Below are positions 12,261-25,036 of a stretch of 64,000 nt of DNA, piece by piece. The notes beneath the pieces were generated by a model. That model was not told the DNA's origin, did no database searches, and saw only the letters and a list, made by a program, of their open reading frames with translations. Position numbers and translations under genes: made by a program. The stretch spans positions 62,001 through 126,000 of the forward strand of contig MU005996.1 in NCBI GenBank assembly GCA_010093745.1, in the 5' to 3' direction. Position 1 is the first letter of the stretch. Every line of letters starts with the position of its first letter. The stretch comes from Piedraia hortae CBS 480.64. Lineage: Eukaryota.

Positions 12261-12914
12261 TCATCCGACCGCACGATCCCTCAATGTTTGAATTAACTCA
12301 TCGATGGCTTCCATGTCGCCGGCGTCTATGTCCTTTCGCTTCCAGACCTCTTCGGGTAAAGCATCTTGCAGCTCGTCCAGAGCTGGCTGGAAATTCCTTA
12401 CTTCGCTACTCAAAGCTGTGATGGCCTTCTTTCGTACTGCAGCATCGGGATCATTTGTCGCCAGTTTGGCCAACTTGGGAATCGCTCCGCTGGACTTTAG
12501 TTTCGCTTGACTCTTGATATTGTTCTGTACCGCTGTTGAGCAGCACCATGCCGCCATTTTTCTCATGCTCGCTTCCTCGTGACTAAGCTGCTCAATCAAT
12601 GGAGGCCAAAGGCCAAGTGGGTCCATGTTGTTCGCATTATCAAGCTGTTCGATGATTTGTTCGAAATTCTCAAATGCTGTCATCTTGGCCTCTAGGTCGA
12701 CCTCCTCCATGGGTGCTGTGATATGAGACATTGACATTTTCATCAAATCTGCGTCAGACGGTCCCCCCAAAAGCTCTGTGAGCGCCTTGGGATTCAAACC
12801 TCGACTCGGATCACGCGCCTGGTCCGTAGGTTGCGTGGTAGCATCCTTACGGGATGCCTCTGAATTTTCAATGCTCCACTGAAGAAGCTGGTTCAGCGAC
12901 TGTTTATCTCCCAT
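12261..12914 (-). CDS. FES1: Hsp70 nucleotide exchange factor Fes1
   Basis: LNQLLQWSIENS, GPSDADLMK, EQLDNANNMDPLGLWPPL, AVQNN, A.SSEVRN.QP armadillo motifs. Confidence 0.95.
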   Translation of the reverse strand: MGDKQSLNQLLQWSIENSEASRKDATTQPTDQARDPSRGLNPKALTELLGGPSDADLMKMSMSHITAPMEEVDLEAKMTAFENFEQIIEQLDNANNMDPLGLWPPLIEQLSHEEASMRKMAAWCCSTAVQNNIKSQAKLKSSGAIPKLAKLATNDPDAAVRKKAITALSSEVRNFQPALDELQDALPEEVWKRKDIDAGDMEAIDELIQTLRDRAVG

Positions 12915-13626
12915 GTTTAAATTCTCAATCTACAGTAACCGACGATGACGTTTGAGTGTATTACAGATTGCGGATCTATCCGAAGCGATCACAATATTTT
13001 TTCAAAGCCTGTCAATGCCGAGCAGATGGACCACGATGACGGCTGATTGATTAGTGTTGCCCTGATCCTTCTGAACTGTAGAGTGCGTTGCAGATGAATT
13101 TAAAAACAATGAACAGATGTAGCATTCCTTGGGGGATTCTCAATGATGACGTCTTGACTCAAGGAAGACTGTTGAGTTGACAAATTACAGTAGAGTGCGA
13201 CAGTTATCAACAGCTGCCACGTTTCTCGACACGTAGTCCTAGCTTAGTATCTACATGTCGTCGTTAGCGTGAGGCTGATTTGCCACTGTGTGCGCAATTC
13301 TTGGCACATTTCATCGCTCAGGTCTCGTTGTTTTTGGCCCACAGTCAATCAAACGGGGGCCTTATTGGTTAACCGCCACCACCACTTTGATTGATCTGGC
13401 GTCAATGTGTCTGGTGGGCCAATCAGGTGTCAAAGATCGCTGGTACTAGCGCGGAATAATCCCACGTCGCTCTTCCCTCCTCACCAACCAAAACCCCATT
13501 CCAAACTCACCGCACATCAACTCCTGTGCACCGCTCACCACCACCCGTACGCCCTTCTTGTTCACTCAAGCACACCGAATCCAACTGACACTGCCTTGCA
13601 GGTCTCCTTAATACCACACCGTCGTC

Positions 13627-15019
<1,393 letters not shown>

Positions 15020-15166
15020 GCAAAGCAGGCGTGTTTGGGCAAGTGTACTACAGTGGGCTCGGGGTTTAGCACCCGGGTTGGGGTCATGGTCAGTTGTTTC
15101 TAGTGCCCGTATCGAATGCACCTGATATTGCGTCATTAGGCTGTGGCGAATGTATTTCCCAAAACA

Positions 15167-16252
15167 ATGTCTGAGTCGAAGAAGATTGTGATTGTGGGCG
15201 GCGGTATAATTGGATGCACGACAGCTTACTATCTGACGCGGCATCCGAGTTATGACCCGGCCAAATACAAGATTACCCTTCTAGAGGCGAGTGATATTGC
15301 AGGTGGAGCATCTGGCAAAGCCGGAGGGTTGCTAGCCAAATGGGCCTATCCCGCGTCTCTCGCTCAGCTATCGTTTGACCTCCATGCCGAGCTAGCCAAT
15401 CAACACGACGGGGCAAGTAAATGGGGCTACCGCCGTCTGAACTGCGGCGACTTTTCGTGTGCCCCATCATCAACCAAAAAATCCCATCCAGCAAAGAACA
15501 TCCCCTCTGACATCACCACCTGGATCTCAAGCCCTATCACCTCTTACGAACCAATCGGCACAACAAACGACACAGCTCAAGTCTTACCATACGAATTCAC
15601 AACAACACTAGCCTCCCTCGCCTCTACTTCTGGCGTGGAAATCCTCACAAATTCCAGGGCCACACAGATAATCCCTTCAGAGAGGAAAGTCATCTACACC
15701 TCATCATCCTCTGAAGAGGAGGTAACCCTCTCCGCCACGGAGATTATTCTGACCACAGGTCCCTGGACAACGGCCCTCCTCCCCACCGCGCCCATCTCCG
15801 CTTTACGGGCCCATTCGATCGTCATCCGCCCTTCAGGCGAAGCCTCCCCGCACGCAGTGTTTACCTCGATTAAAGACAGTCCCACCTCGCCGGAAATCTA
15901 CCCCCGTCCGTCAGGCGAAGTGTATGCGTGCGGAGAGGGTGATACAACCGTCTCCCTCCCCCCTACCACTCGGGAAGTGGAGATTGATTTTACCCGCTGC
16001 GCGAAGATCGAGAGTGCAGTGGGGGAGATTTCGGAAATCATGGGGAAGGGAGAGGTGGTGAAGAGACAGGCTTGTTATTTACCTGTAGGGGGACCGCTGA
16101 TTGGGAGGACAAAGAGAAGGGTAATTCTAGCGGCGGGTCATACGTGTTGGGGAATAAATAATTCGACGGGGACGGGGAGGGTGGTTAGTGAATTGGTGTT
16201 TGATGGGAAGATAAAATCCCTCCCGGGATGGGAGGATAAGCTCTCCTTGTAG
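15167..16252 (+). CDS. FAD-dependent oxidoreductase (DAO family, Tda3-like)
   Basis: IVIVGGGIIGCTTAYYL Rossmann motif, AGGASGKAGGLLA, SPEIYPRP, QACYLP, AAGHTCWGI. Confidence 0.9.
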   Translation: MSESKKIVIVGGGIIGCTTAYYLTRHPSYDPAKYKITLLEASDIAGGASGKAGGLLAKWAYPASLAQLSFDLHAELANQHDGASKWGYRRLNCGDFSCAPSSTKKSHPAKNIPSDITTWISSPITSYEPIGTTNDTAQVLPYEFTTTLASLASTSGVEILTNSRATQIIPSERKVIYTSSSSEEEVTLSATEIILTTGPWTTALLPTAPISALRAHSIVIRPSGEASPHAVFTSIKDSPTSPEIYPRPSGEVYACGEGDTTVSLPPTTREVEIDFTRCAKIESAVGEISEIMGKGEVVKRQACYLPVGGPLIGRTKRRVILAAGHTCWGINNSTGTGRVVSELVFDGKIKSLPGWEDKLSL

Positions 16253-16347
16253 GCAGGCTTCGCATTAATCCTACATATCTCCTACATATCACCACCCGTA
16301 GCCATCCTCCACTCCAAACATCCCATGAAACCTACATTCTGATTGAT

Positions 16348-17667
16348 CTACTTCCCCACCCCCTCCCACTCCTTTTTCAACGCCTCAACCTGTTCCGCAA
16401 GATCATTCAACTGGACATGATAAGCCGTAAGCAGCCTCTTCGTCGACGCCGCAACCTCCTCACTGATCCCCCCATTGGGTTCCTCCCCAGCCGTTTTCGA
16501 TTCCCGCTCCAACCACCTCGCCCTCTCTCTCAATGCCACAAGCCTCGACCAGACATGCTCCTCGCGTGCCTTGATCCCCGGCTCCGCAATCCCGCCTGCA
16601 AGTGCTCTTACTTCCCGTTTGAACCTCTCCTCAACGGCATCGAGCGCATACCCCCTATTTCTCACAACCTGCGCCTTGACCGCCACGCGAAGCGTCCTGA
16701 CCTGCAGCTGGAGATGCCTCCTCCTTGCGGCGAGGATTCCCGTGAGAACCCTCTCCTCATGCGCCTTCGCGACTGCGGAGAGTGAGTTGTCCATTTCGCG
16801 AAGCCGTTCAAACATTGCGTTCAGGAAGCGGATTTGGTATTCGATGCGTTCGCCTAGAGAGTAGAAGCCTCGTGCGAGGACGGGGACGAATCGTTGACCT
16901 GTTGAGGGGGGAAGAGGGGGGGCCGTAGAGAGGGCGTGTTCCCATGCGACTTCGTCTTCGTCTGGTTGGCGGTGGTAGAATGGGGCGTAAGGAGCGCTCA
17001 CGGCGTTGTAGAGATAGGTTTGTAGGAGGGTAGCTTGCGATTGAGGGTCCCATTTGGTGGTTAGGGATTGAGCTTGTTGGATTATGGACTTTTCGTTTGG
17101 TTGGGGGTTTAGACCGACTTGGGTGAGGCGGAGGCGCGCGAGGTCTTGGCGTTGGGTCGTTGATAGATCCGAGGGGAAGGTTACGAGGGTGGATTGGAGG
17201 AGGGGGTTGGGTTGAGAGGGCGGTTGAGAGGGCGGTTGAGAGGGCGGTTGAGAGGGCGGTTGAGAGGGCGGTTGAGAGGGCGGTTGGGTGGTGGTGTTGA
17301 AGAGGTTGTTGGTTTGGGACTGGTTGGTGTTGGGTTGGGGGTTGCCAAAGGAGCTGAAGCCGGTGTTGTTTGTGGTTCCGGTGTTTGGCGCGCCGAATGG
17401 GGATGGGGTGGTCGTGGTTTGGGACGCGCCGAAGAGACCAGTGCTGCCGCCTGTCCCCTGGTTCTGGGTTGTGGATGCGCCGAATAGGGATCCTCCGGAA
17501 GTGCTGTTATTGGAAAACATGTTGCTTGCGCCCGTGTTGTTGGACTGCTGCTGCGTCTGGCTCGACGCGCCAAACGTTGTGCCGCTGCTGGAGGTGGGCG
17601 TTAAGGAGCTGAAGACAGACCGCGGCTGGTCCTGCGCCTGCGCCGGTTGGCCGAAAAAGCTGGACAT
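16348..17667 (-). CDS. NUP57: FG nucleoporin Nup57/Nup54 family
   Basis: N-terminal FG/GLFG/SLFG repeats, then KWDP...LQTYLYN.V, W..AL...P...FVPVLARGF, QVVRNRGYAL. Confidence 0.9.
   Translation of the reverse strand: MSSFFGQPAQAQDQPRSVFSSLTPTSSSGTTFGASSQTQQQSNNTGASNMFSNNSTSGGSLFGASTTQNQGTGGSTGLFGASQTTTTPSPFGAPNTGTTNNTGFSSFGNPQPNTNQSQTNNLFNTTTQPPSQPPSQPPSQPPSQPPSQPPSQPNPLLQSTLVTFPSDLSTTQRQDLARLRLTQVGLNPQPNEKSIIQQAQSLTTKWDPQSQATLLQTYLYNAVSAPYAPFYHRQPDEDEVAWEHALSTAPPLPPSTGQRFVPVLARGFYSLGERIEYQIRFLNAMFERLREMDNSLSAVAKAHEERVLTGILAARRRHLQLQVRTLRVAVKAQVVRNRGYALDAVEERFKREVRALAGGIAEPGIKAREEHVWSRLVALRERARWLERESKTAGEEPNGGISEEVAASTKRLLTAYHVQLNDLAEQVEALKKEWEGVGK
17210..17281 (-). repeat. Perfect 12-bp tandem repeat x6 encoding (PPSQ)n in Nup57
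   Basis: GGTTGAGAGGGC repeated six times without mismatch on the + strand. Confidence 0.95.
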
Positions 17668-18000
17668 GGTTGCGCTTGCTGTCACGCGTCTGTCTTTTCG
17701 ACTTGTGGATGCGCGGCGGAGGTGCTATGCCTGTCTGGGACTAGCGCGGGATGTCACAGAGCTACATACAGGTGACACATGTGAAAGCACGGAAATCCTA
17801 GGGGAGGACTTGAGTGATTGGCTTCGGTACAGGCGAACAATTGGCACCTTTGAATCAGTTGGTTCGGCATGGATTGGCATGGACTGGCCATCTTCTATGT
17901 GCAGATTATGTGACGTTAAACGCTATTCCGTTTCAAGTTAGAGGTAACCCTAGCGCTACACTCCAATGTCGCCAGTCCGAACAGCTCCCGGCTCAGCATC

Positions 18001-18568
18001 ATGGCGTCGCGGAACCCGAGGTTCGCTCTAATAACTACCATATGCCATCGAAGCTAATCCCTTAGGTTCAACCAGAAAGATCTCTTCGACTTTACACCCC
18101 TTCCCGATGACATCCCCCGGGTGGAAGAGATCGGGGCCTCGTCTGGGCCGCTGCTTTCAGCGAGCTTTTTCATCGGAGCGCGCTGTAAGCCTTATAATGA
18201 CGACTACATGAAGTGCAAGGACGAAGCGAACGGACGTGGGGAGATTGAGTGCATGCGCGAAGGGCGCAAAGTCACGCGCTGCGCGGCCAGCGTTCTAAAG
18301 GATATCAATGCCAACTGCCTCGAGGAATTCAGGCGGCATTGGGAGTGTCTCGAGGATAACAACCAGCAGCTCTGGCAGTGCCGGCGCTGGGAGAGGCCAT
18401 TCAACGCCTGTGTATTTGAGAAGCTGGTACGTCTTTATACAGTCCCAGTGGCTGCAGACTGACAAACGACAGAAACTGGAAAAGACAATTCCCGGTGCGC
18501 CGGCAAACGAAACCCCCGTTCATCTGCGGAAAAAGCAGATCTTTGCCGATAACAAGTTCAACCAGTAA
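18001..18568 (+). CDS. NDUFA8: Complex I subunit NDUFA8 (20.8 kDa subunit); introns 18021-18065 and 18427-18471
   Basis: PLLSASFFIGARCKPYNDDYMKCK...CMREGRKVTRCA...C.EEFR.HWECL.DNNQQLWQCR, with twin CX9C-type cysteines. Confidence 0.95.
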
Positions 18569-18621
18569 ATGCATTCCGTACCGAACAAATGATGCTGAAA
18601 ACTTCCCATTGTTGTTACATA

Positions 18622-20295
18622 CTAACTCCGTCTCCACCTCTTCCAGAATTTCCAATCACCCAACTGCCAAACATACAACGGCAGGCCAATGGCCAAAAAC
18701 CCAAAAACTCCCAGAGCCTGCAGCGGCTTCGCAAAAACAGCTCTACTAACCAGAAACAAGCTAACACAGCAAAACACGATAGGCGTGGTCATCCAACATT
18801 TGTAAGGCCGTTCGAGCTCGGGTTCCTTGACTCGTAACACAATCAGCCCTACCACGGCTGCAAAGTAGAATAGGTACGATGCCACGCCGTAAAATGTAGT
18901 CAGTGTTTCGAAATCGCCAATCAAAACGTAGACAGACGTGATCAGCATGTTGAGCACCATGGCGTAGAAAGGCGTGTGGAAGAGGCCTTGTGCATCGGAA
19001 ATGTATCCACGTAGGCGTCTAGCCGTTCCACGGGCCCGAGGACTCGATGGCCGCCGTCTGGAGAAGCCTATTGTACCAAACACAGACGGGATATACCCTT
19101 CTTGACCCGCACTGCAGACGAGTCGGCCGGCGGTGAACGTGGTAGCATTGAGGGCACCGAAGCAGGACCCACCGACGACGAGGGCGAGGAACAAGCTGCC
19201 GATGCGGCCAAACACCGCCTGACCGAAAGCAACGGCAACGGTGTTGCTGTGATTGATCATCTCTGCGGGCAGAACAAAGACATACGCCAGGTTGGCGAGG
19301 AGATATGCGGTAATGACTAGAGGCAGAGACGTGTGCATGACACGGGGAAGATCTCGACCGGGGTTGATCATCTCACCGACCACGTAGCTTGTATTGTCCC
19401 AGCCATCGTAAGCCCATAGGCCTGCGTAGAAGGCCACGGCCCAGTTGCTGGCCGATGTGCTGGTGCCTTCGAACCACGACGTGTGACGCCAAGCTGCTGA
19501 TCTTTCGCCCGTCACAGCTACAAATATGCCCGTGGCGGTAATGGCAGCTAGGCCGACAAACTTGAGAAACATGAACACGTCAGCACTACGCGTGCCCAGC
19601 TTGGTCGAGATGCAATTGAGACAAGTAACCACCACCAGTCCCAGCATAGCCACCGCTTTATGCGCCCACGGACCGTCATGGGGGCTATCGGTGCCGAGCG
19701 CAGCGCGCGTCATGTATTCGCCAAAGATGATGGCTATAATGGCTGCTGACCCCGGTTTGAGTACAGTAACAGCGCACCAAGTAAATAAAAATCCGCACCA
19801 TTGTCCAAACACGGTGCTGAGATAGGCCTGAGCACCGCCGTTGAGCGGAATCGCCCCACCGAGTTCCGCGTAGCTTGCAGCGCCTGTCCAGGCCAGTATT
19901 CCAGATACTAGCCAGACTATGAGAGCCGCACCGGGAGACCCAACATTGTTGTTTACACTTGCAGGGCTGGAGAATATTCCGGATCCAATGATGAGTCCAA
20001 CGACCAAAGACAATCCGTTGAACAGCGTCAGACTCTTGTTCCTTTCCAGACTCTGTCGTCCAGCTGCATCGGCTGTAGATGCACCAAGCGCCGCATAACC
20101 AGAAGAAGCCGACAGAGGGAAAAGGGCAGATGTGAATTCAAACTCCCCAGAAGGCCGCTGCGACTCGAGCGAGAGCTTGCGCGATGACGAAGGGCCGGAC
20201 AAGGAAGACGATCTGCTGCGCGCTTGACTGTTGTCGTGGTCCGAAGAAGCGAGGGAAGCGAGCTCCAGAGAGTCGCGTCGGTTCGCCTGAAGCAT
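18622..20295 (-). CDS. APC-superfamily amino acid permease (LAT/Mup1-like)
   Basis: NGLSLVVGLIIGSGIFSSP, SYAELGGAIPLNGG, GLWAYDGWDN, RVKEPELERPYK, many TM helices. Start placed at the first ATG. Confidence 0.92.
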   Translation of the reverse strand: MLQANRRDSLELASLASSDHDNSQARSRSSSLSGPSSSRKLSLESQRPSGEFEFTSALFPLSASSGYAALGASTADAAGRQSLERNKSLTLFNGLSLVVGLIIGSGIFSSPASVNNNVGSPGAALIVWLVSGILAWTGAASYAELGGAIPLNGGAQAYLSTVFGQWCGFLFTWCAVTVLKPGSAAIIAIIFGEYMTRAALGTDSPHDGPWAHKAVAMLGLVVVTCLNCISTKLGTRSADVFMFLKFVGLAAITATGIFVAVTGERSAAWRHTSWFEGTSTSASNWAVAFYAGLWAYDGWDNTSYVVGEMINPGRDLPRVMHTSLPLVITAYLLANLAYVFVLPAEMINHSNTVAVAFGQAVFGRIGSLFLALVVGGSCFGALNATTFTAGRLVCSAGQEGYIPSVFGTIGFSRRRPSSPRARGTARRLRGYISDAQGLFHTPFYAMVLNMLITSVYVLIGDFETLTTFYGVASYLFYFAAVVGLIVLRVKEPELERPYKCWMTTPIVFCCVSLFLVSRAVFAKPLQALGVFGFLAIGLPLYVWQLGDWKFWKRWRRS

Positions 20296-20431
20296 CGGAG
20301 ACGTTGCTGGCCTCGACCAGAGCCGCAAACGCCCTCGACCGTGGGACAAAGGCGGTTACAAAGTGAAGAATGAGGTTGGACGTGCAGCGCACGTGATGTA
20401 AGAGACCGGTAAATTACGCGTCAAAATTGTA

Positions 20432-21118
20432 TCAATCGGCCGGGGCCGCAGCGTTCTGCTTTGCCGTCCGCGCCTTTTCCCTCCGTCTTAGCTTCTTGGA
20501 CCTGTTGATCCTCGTCTTCTTCTCCTTTATGGCCATCTCCTTTTCCTGTTCTTTGTTTTTCAAAGCTTGCGCTCGAGCTCGCAGGCGGAGACGATACTTC
20601 TTCCCTGGCCTCGTCCGCTTCTTAGCGGGCTCATCATCCACCAGCGAATTAAAATGCGTAGCGGTTGCAATTCGTGCTTCTCGTGACAGTGAAGATAGAG
20701 GCAGATTTAGAACTTTCCATTCGTAAGCATTTCCTGGTTGACGTTGTTTTGAACGAGCAAGGACTTGGGCGCCAGAAACGGCCGACGCCTCATATTCCTT
20801 TTTCCTCGCGCTTGATGTCTCTGCAAAGTAGTATTCCCGCGGTCGTTTGGGCTGAATGAATCCACCATCCCCAGAAGGCGGAGTTGGTGACTTTAATCTG
20901 ACTTTGACAACGCCTCCTGTTGAGCCATTGGGTGCGAATAGACAGAATTCAAGAGATTCGTCTTGGGGATGCTCTGCTGTTGAATTGGCCGTCTCAGGTT
21001 GGACATAGTCCCAGTCTGCCCACTGCCCTGATCGAAGCAATTCCTCTGCAACTGTATCCTCTGGAATAGGCGGGCTCTTCGGCGAAAGTAGGTCCGCGCG
21101 CCTTACTGTGCGCTCCAT
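20432..21118 (-). CDS. Conserved fungal protein, DUF2011-like, basic C-terminus
   Basis: GGFIQPKRPREYYF, AVSG, RPGKKYR, EKKTRINRSKKLRRREK. Confidence 0.7.
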   Translation of the reverse strand: MERTVRRADLLSPKSPPIPEDTVAEELLRSGQWADWDYVQPETANSTAEHPQDESLEFCLFAPNGSTGGVVKVRLKSPTPPSGDGGFIQPKRPREYYFAETSSARKKEYEASAVSGAQVLARSKQRQPGNAYEWKVLNLPLSSLSREARIATATHFNSLVDDEPAKKRTRPGKKYRLRLRARAQALKNKEQEKEMAIKEKKTRINRSKKLRRREKARTAKQNAAAPAD

Positions 21119-22860
21119 TTGGACTTGTTATGCGAAGTGTCAAATGTATCTTATTTTTGCTGTTTCGGTACTGTTAAACCAATCGTAGCTTTGGGATTGG
21201 CAAGGCTGAATGGATTCTCGAAAATGTTAGACTCCCGACTCGCTTATGCAGGTTCAGGCGAACTGTTGTTGGCCTGTAGTTGCCTCAGGCAGGTTCAGAT
21301 CTCTGTCACGTCGCAATCACATCATCTGGATGTTGTTCCTGTGATGAAACTAACGGGAGTCCGCCCGCTGCCCTTAAGCACGCCGTGGCCCCGCACAAAA
21401 GAGATTTTGAAAAACTATCACAGACTACGGGCTCTACCAAACCTATACCAGCTGTCGTGAGGAACGGCGAAAACCAGGAGACCTCGAGCCGCCAAGCAAA
21501 TCAAGGTTCTAACGTCCTATCACATATGCGCGGCTGCAGACAATATCCCAGACCGTTCTGCAAACTTCAGGTCCCGTAAACCCGTCGGCCATGTCCAACG
21601 CCGTTGAGGACTGGCTCAGACAGCAGGACGAGGCAGAAGAAGCCGCTGATCCGTGAATAGCAGCGGTTTGATTGGTGGTCCAACAACACGACTCCTTCAA
21701 GTCAGTTGTACCCTGGTTAGCCCTTCCAGACCTCGATCGCGTACTCGCTGCGACAAACAAGGGAATCACTGTGTGCTTCAAGCCTGTCTCACAGCTTGCC
21801 GGCACGCATCCCATCAGAACAAAGCCGCATCACCAAGCGGCAACCAAGACTAATATGTTCCTCGTACGGGTGGATATCATCATTTCCGAGATCGTTGACG
21901 CATATTGTAAGTAGGGCCGTCTGACCAGGAGGAGTGTTCAGTGCCTAGGGGAGACATGGCCAGCCGTCCTGGCCGAGCAGGAGTGGATGGCACGACCCCA
22001 CCAGTCTCAGTAGCTGGTCGACTGGGTGCTCTCGCATTCACCCAGCGACGACCAGAAGGATGATGACCTGCTCCAGGGACATCTGCGGCACTACCTTTGC
22101 GTCAGCGTGGACGCGAGGGTGTAGAGCATCGTATGTATCGGCGGGATGATAACCACAAGGACCAGCCTGGAAGACAAATTAGCCTGCTTTAAAACAGTCA
22201 AAAACCAGGCCACAGCAAGAAAACTATTTGTGGCGGTAGGTGAATTGACTGTGGCGTGTGGTTTGGCATTCCTAATATATACTTTGTGTTTTATATATAT
22301 CCAGCCTTTTGATTTACTTGGTTCACTAGAGAGGCTCTGAGGTGTGAGGGGGTCTCGCCTCAGATATATATGTACCAGGAATTGTTCTTCCGGAAGAGCC
22401 TCGGTCATCCCGAGCACATCAATCTTTACTCCCTGAAGAATGCGTATCCAAGCCAGCACTCATCAGAAAGCTCAAAAGAAAGGCATGTCACGGTTGCTTT
22501 GAACCTCATTCAAGAGACCTCCCAAGGCCTCACTGTAAACACCGCCAGCATGACAGCTAACGCCCCTTGACATTCAACCCTCCCACCCCCTCGTGCACAT
22601 CACCCTAAGCTAATCCATCACCTTTACTCAATATTCTCACCCTCCCGCCTCGATGCATACGTCCAAGCATCGCCACTGACGCCATCCCCCTCCAATAATA
22701 CGAACCCCTCGGGGCTTCAACAAAAAAAAATCCCCATTTAGACACCACAGGCTCGTAAAACGACACAAACCCGCAGCATGCCTGCTGCCATTCTCGTCGA
22801 CTCGTAGGGGCATCTGTCCTATAAAACCGCCATTTCTCCCTTCTAAATCTTCATCCAACC

Positions 22861-23453
22861 ATGAAGCTCCTCAACACCCTAATCCTCGCCCTGGGCCTGG
22901 CATCCGCCTCCCCAGCCCAAGACACCTACAAAGCCCCCTCACCCTCCAAACCCACCCCCACCCCACCCGTAACCAACGGTCATATCCCCAAAGGCTACAA
23001 ATGGCATGTAACCTCCTGGTCCGCAGGCTGCGCGCGCCATGGCTGCTACTACGACTTCAACGTCACCGGGACCGCAGACCGCGGGATGCCGGATTTTCTC
23101 GCTTACTGTTCTGGCGAAGACAGCGGGTTTTTCGCGGATTGTAAGCTCCTGAAGAGTGGGAAAAGGAAGGACGGCCCGCCGAGTGTTGCTGCTAGATTGG
23201 GGCACTATGATGTTGAGAAAGCGGATGGGAAGGCTAGACTGGGGGTTAGTCTCGCTTTTGAGGAACGGTTGAGTAAAGATACCTTGTGAGTGGGACGACT
23301 TTTTCATTTTTTTTTCGGGGAGAAAGTCCGCTGATGATTTCTGGCAGGGCAACGTGGAATTTTACGGGGAGGTATAATGCTACGTTTAATCAGTTCGTGG
23401 CGCCGTTGGAAGAGTTTTATGTTACGCCTAATGAGGTTTCGGGGGTTGCGTGA
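22861..23453 (+). CDS. Small secreted 4-Cys protein (176 aa), Alt a 1-like/Hrip elicitor-like; intron 23286-23347
   Basis: Signal peptide MKLLNTLILALGLASA, Pro/Thr linker, WHVTSWSAGCARHGCYYDFNVTG...FLAYCSG...C. Spliced exon 2 gives ATWNFTG...NQFVAPLEEFYVTP. TATAAAA lies about 40 nt upstream. Confidence 0.75.
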
Positions 23454-23497
23454 GACATGATGCTCCGCTGAGGAGGGTCATGTCATGATGTTGTAGA

Positions 23498-24064
23498 TTA
23501 GAAGAGCCATACATAAACGAAGAGTAAGAAGACACAGACAAAAAATCCAAACCAGACTCTCCATCCCACGCCCGTTTTGTCAGCCATGCGGAGCATCTTT
23601 CTCATCGTCCCTCGGACGCGGTGGCGAGTACTTTCGAAGGAATCGTTCATTTTCTCTGCTAGGGCGGTGCTGTCGCGGATTTCTGTTCCGATTGCTACTG
23701 TGATCTTTACGGGGTTAGTGGGTGACAACGAGGTTGCGGTGGACGGACTTCTTTAAGCATCCGCACTTTCTGCGTCATTTCGGAAACTTGGTGGTCTTTT
23801 TGGCTTTCCAACTCGTCCATTGTTGTGACATTGCTGTACCCCCTAGATGTATTGGTTGGGTGGGCTCCAAATCCGTTTCTCGGAGGCGGGTATGCTGTAG
23901 CCGCTGCTAGAGGATATGGAGGCTGTGGAGAGGTGGAGCTTGGTCGGGAGCCCACGGGACTGTCGTCGTAGCCTGAAAAAAGCGCATTTCGGGCCTTGTC
24001 GCGCTGGAATCTTTCATGAGTTAGCAATGCTCGTTAGCCGAGAAACCGCCTACCGAGACGCCAT
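23498..24064 (-). CDS. BET1: Bet1/Sft1-type Qc-SNARE; introns 24011-24053 and 23705-23748
   Basis: Spliced MASRFQRD..RNALFSGYD...LESQ.D.....KVRMLKEITVAIGTEIRDS...GTMRKMLRMADKTGVGWRVW plus a C-terminal TM helix. Confidence 0.85.
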
Positions 24065-25036
24065 TTCAAGTTTTGGTTATCTGGATTGGGTAATAGTGTT
24101 TTGGCTTGGTCTGGGGCTTGCGTCAGAGTGTCTCGTTGCCAGATTCATTGGAGCGCCGTGAGCATCTTTCACAGCTGTCATCAGAGACGTCAAGGATCAG
24201 GGTCCACGCGAACGGGCGCTCCCGTGCCACGCTAACGCTCCTTCCCCACAGTTTCCAACTGCGCGATGATTTCATGTGATTTGGCGCCGACAGATCCCGA
24301 ACGACAACCAAAAGAAATTTTTGCGCTGACCCACGCCGCAAGTTGACATGGAAGGCCAGAACTTGTATATACCTATATGGAGTCTATTTTCCAAGCGTTC
24401 TGCGTGTAATGTGTCCAACTTTGTAAAACTTCCATCAACGGAGATTTCTGCCGACCTTTGCGTAGGCGAAAAAAGTGGCATTGTCTACCCGGAAGTGCGG
24501 GGAATAAGACTGCTCTGCCGCGCTAGCGCCATGCAGGAGCGCATGTGGATCGACATCTAACCGACGTCTGGCCATGGACTGACTCAAGCGGCAACTTTTG
24601 GAATATGTAATTCATTGATCCTGATCGGAGCTGGAAAATCAGCAGACAGGTGGTGTGACGTATGGAGCTTTCCACGAGCTGGTACAACGACTTGAGCCCA
24701 AGGGCAACTCGTTGAACCTCGGCGTGCAGGACCGTTGAGAACACCCCGGACGTTACGGCACGGTGCGGTCCGACTGGCGAGTCAAATCGCAGCGATAAGA
24801 CAACGCCAAGAAATTTTCTGTCCATTGGCCACGACAAGGCCATGGGGGAAGGTGGGGGAAGAGCCTTCCCCGGCCAAAAATCGGGGATTGACATCTACTA
24901 AACTCTTTTGCATTCCTTGAATCGTCTCATTCCACACTCCTGGAACGTTTTTTTCCTCGCACCCAACCTCACCTTTCAGCACCGTGATTGTACCGCCACA
25001 TCATACAAAGACAAACCGCGGCGGTAAGCCGATAGA

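Noticed and set aside
21200..22600. Short ORFs between DUF2011 and the secreted protein
   Set aside because: No coherent frame or motif.
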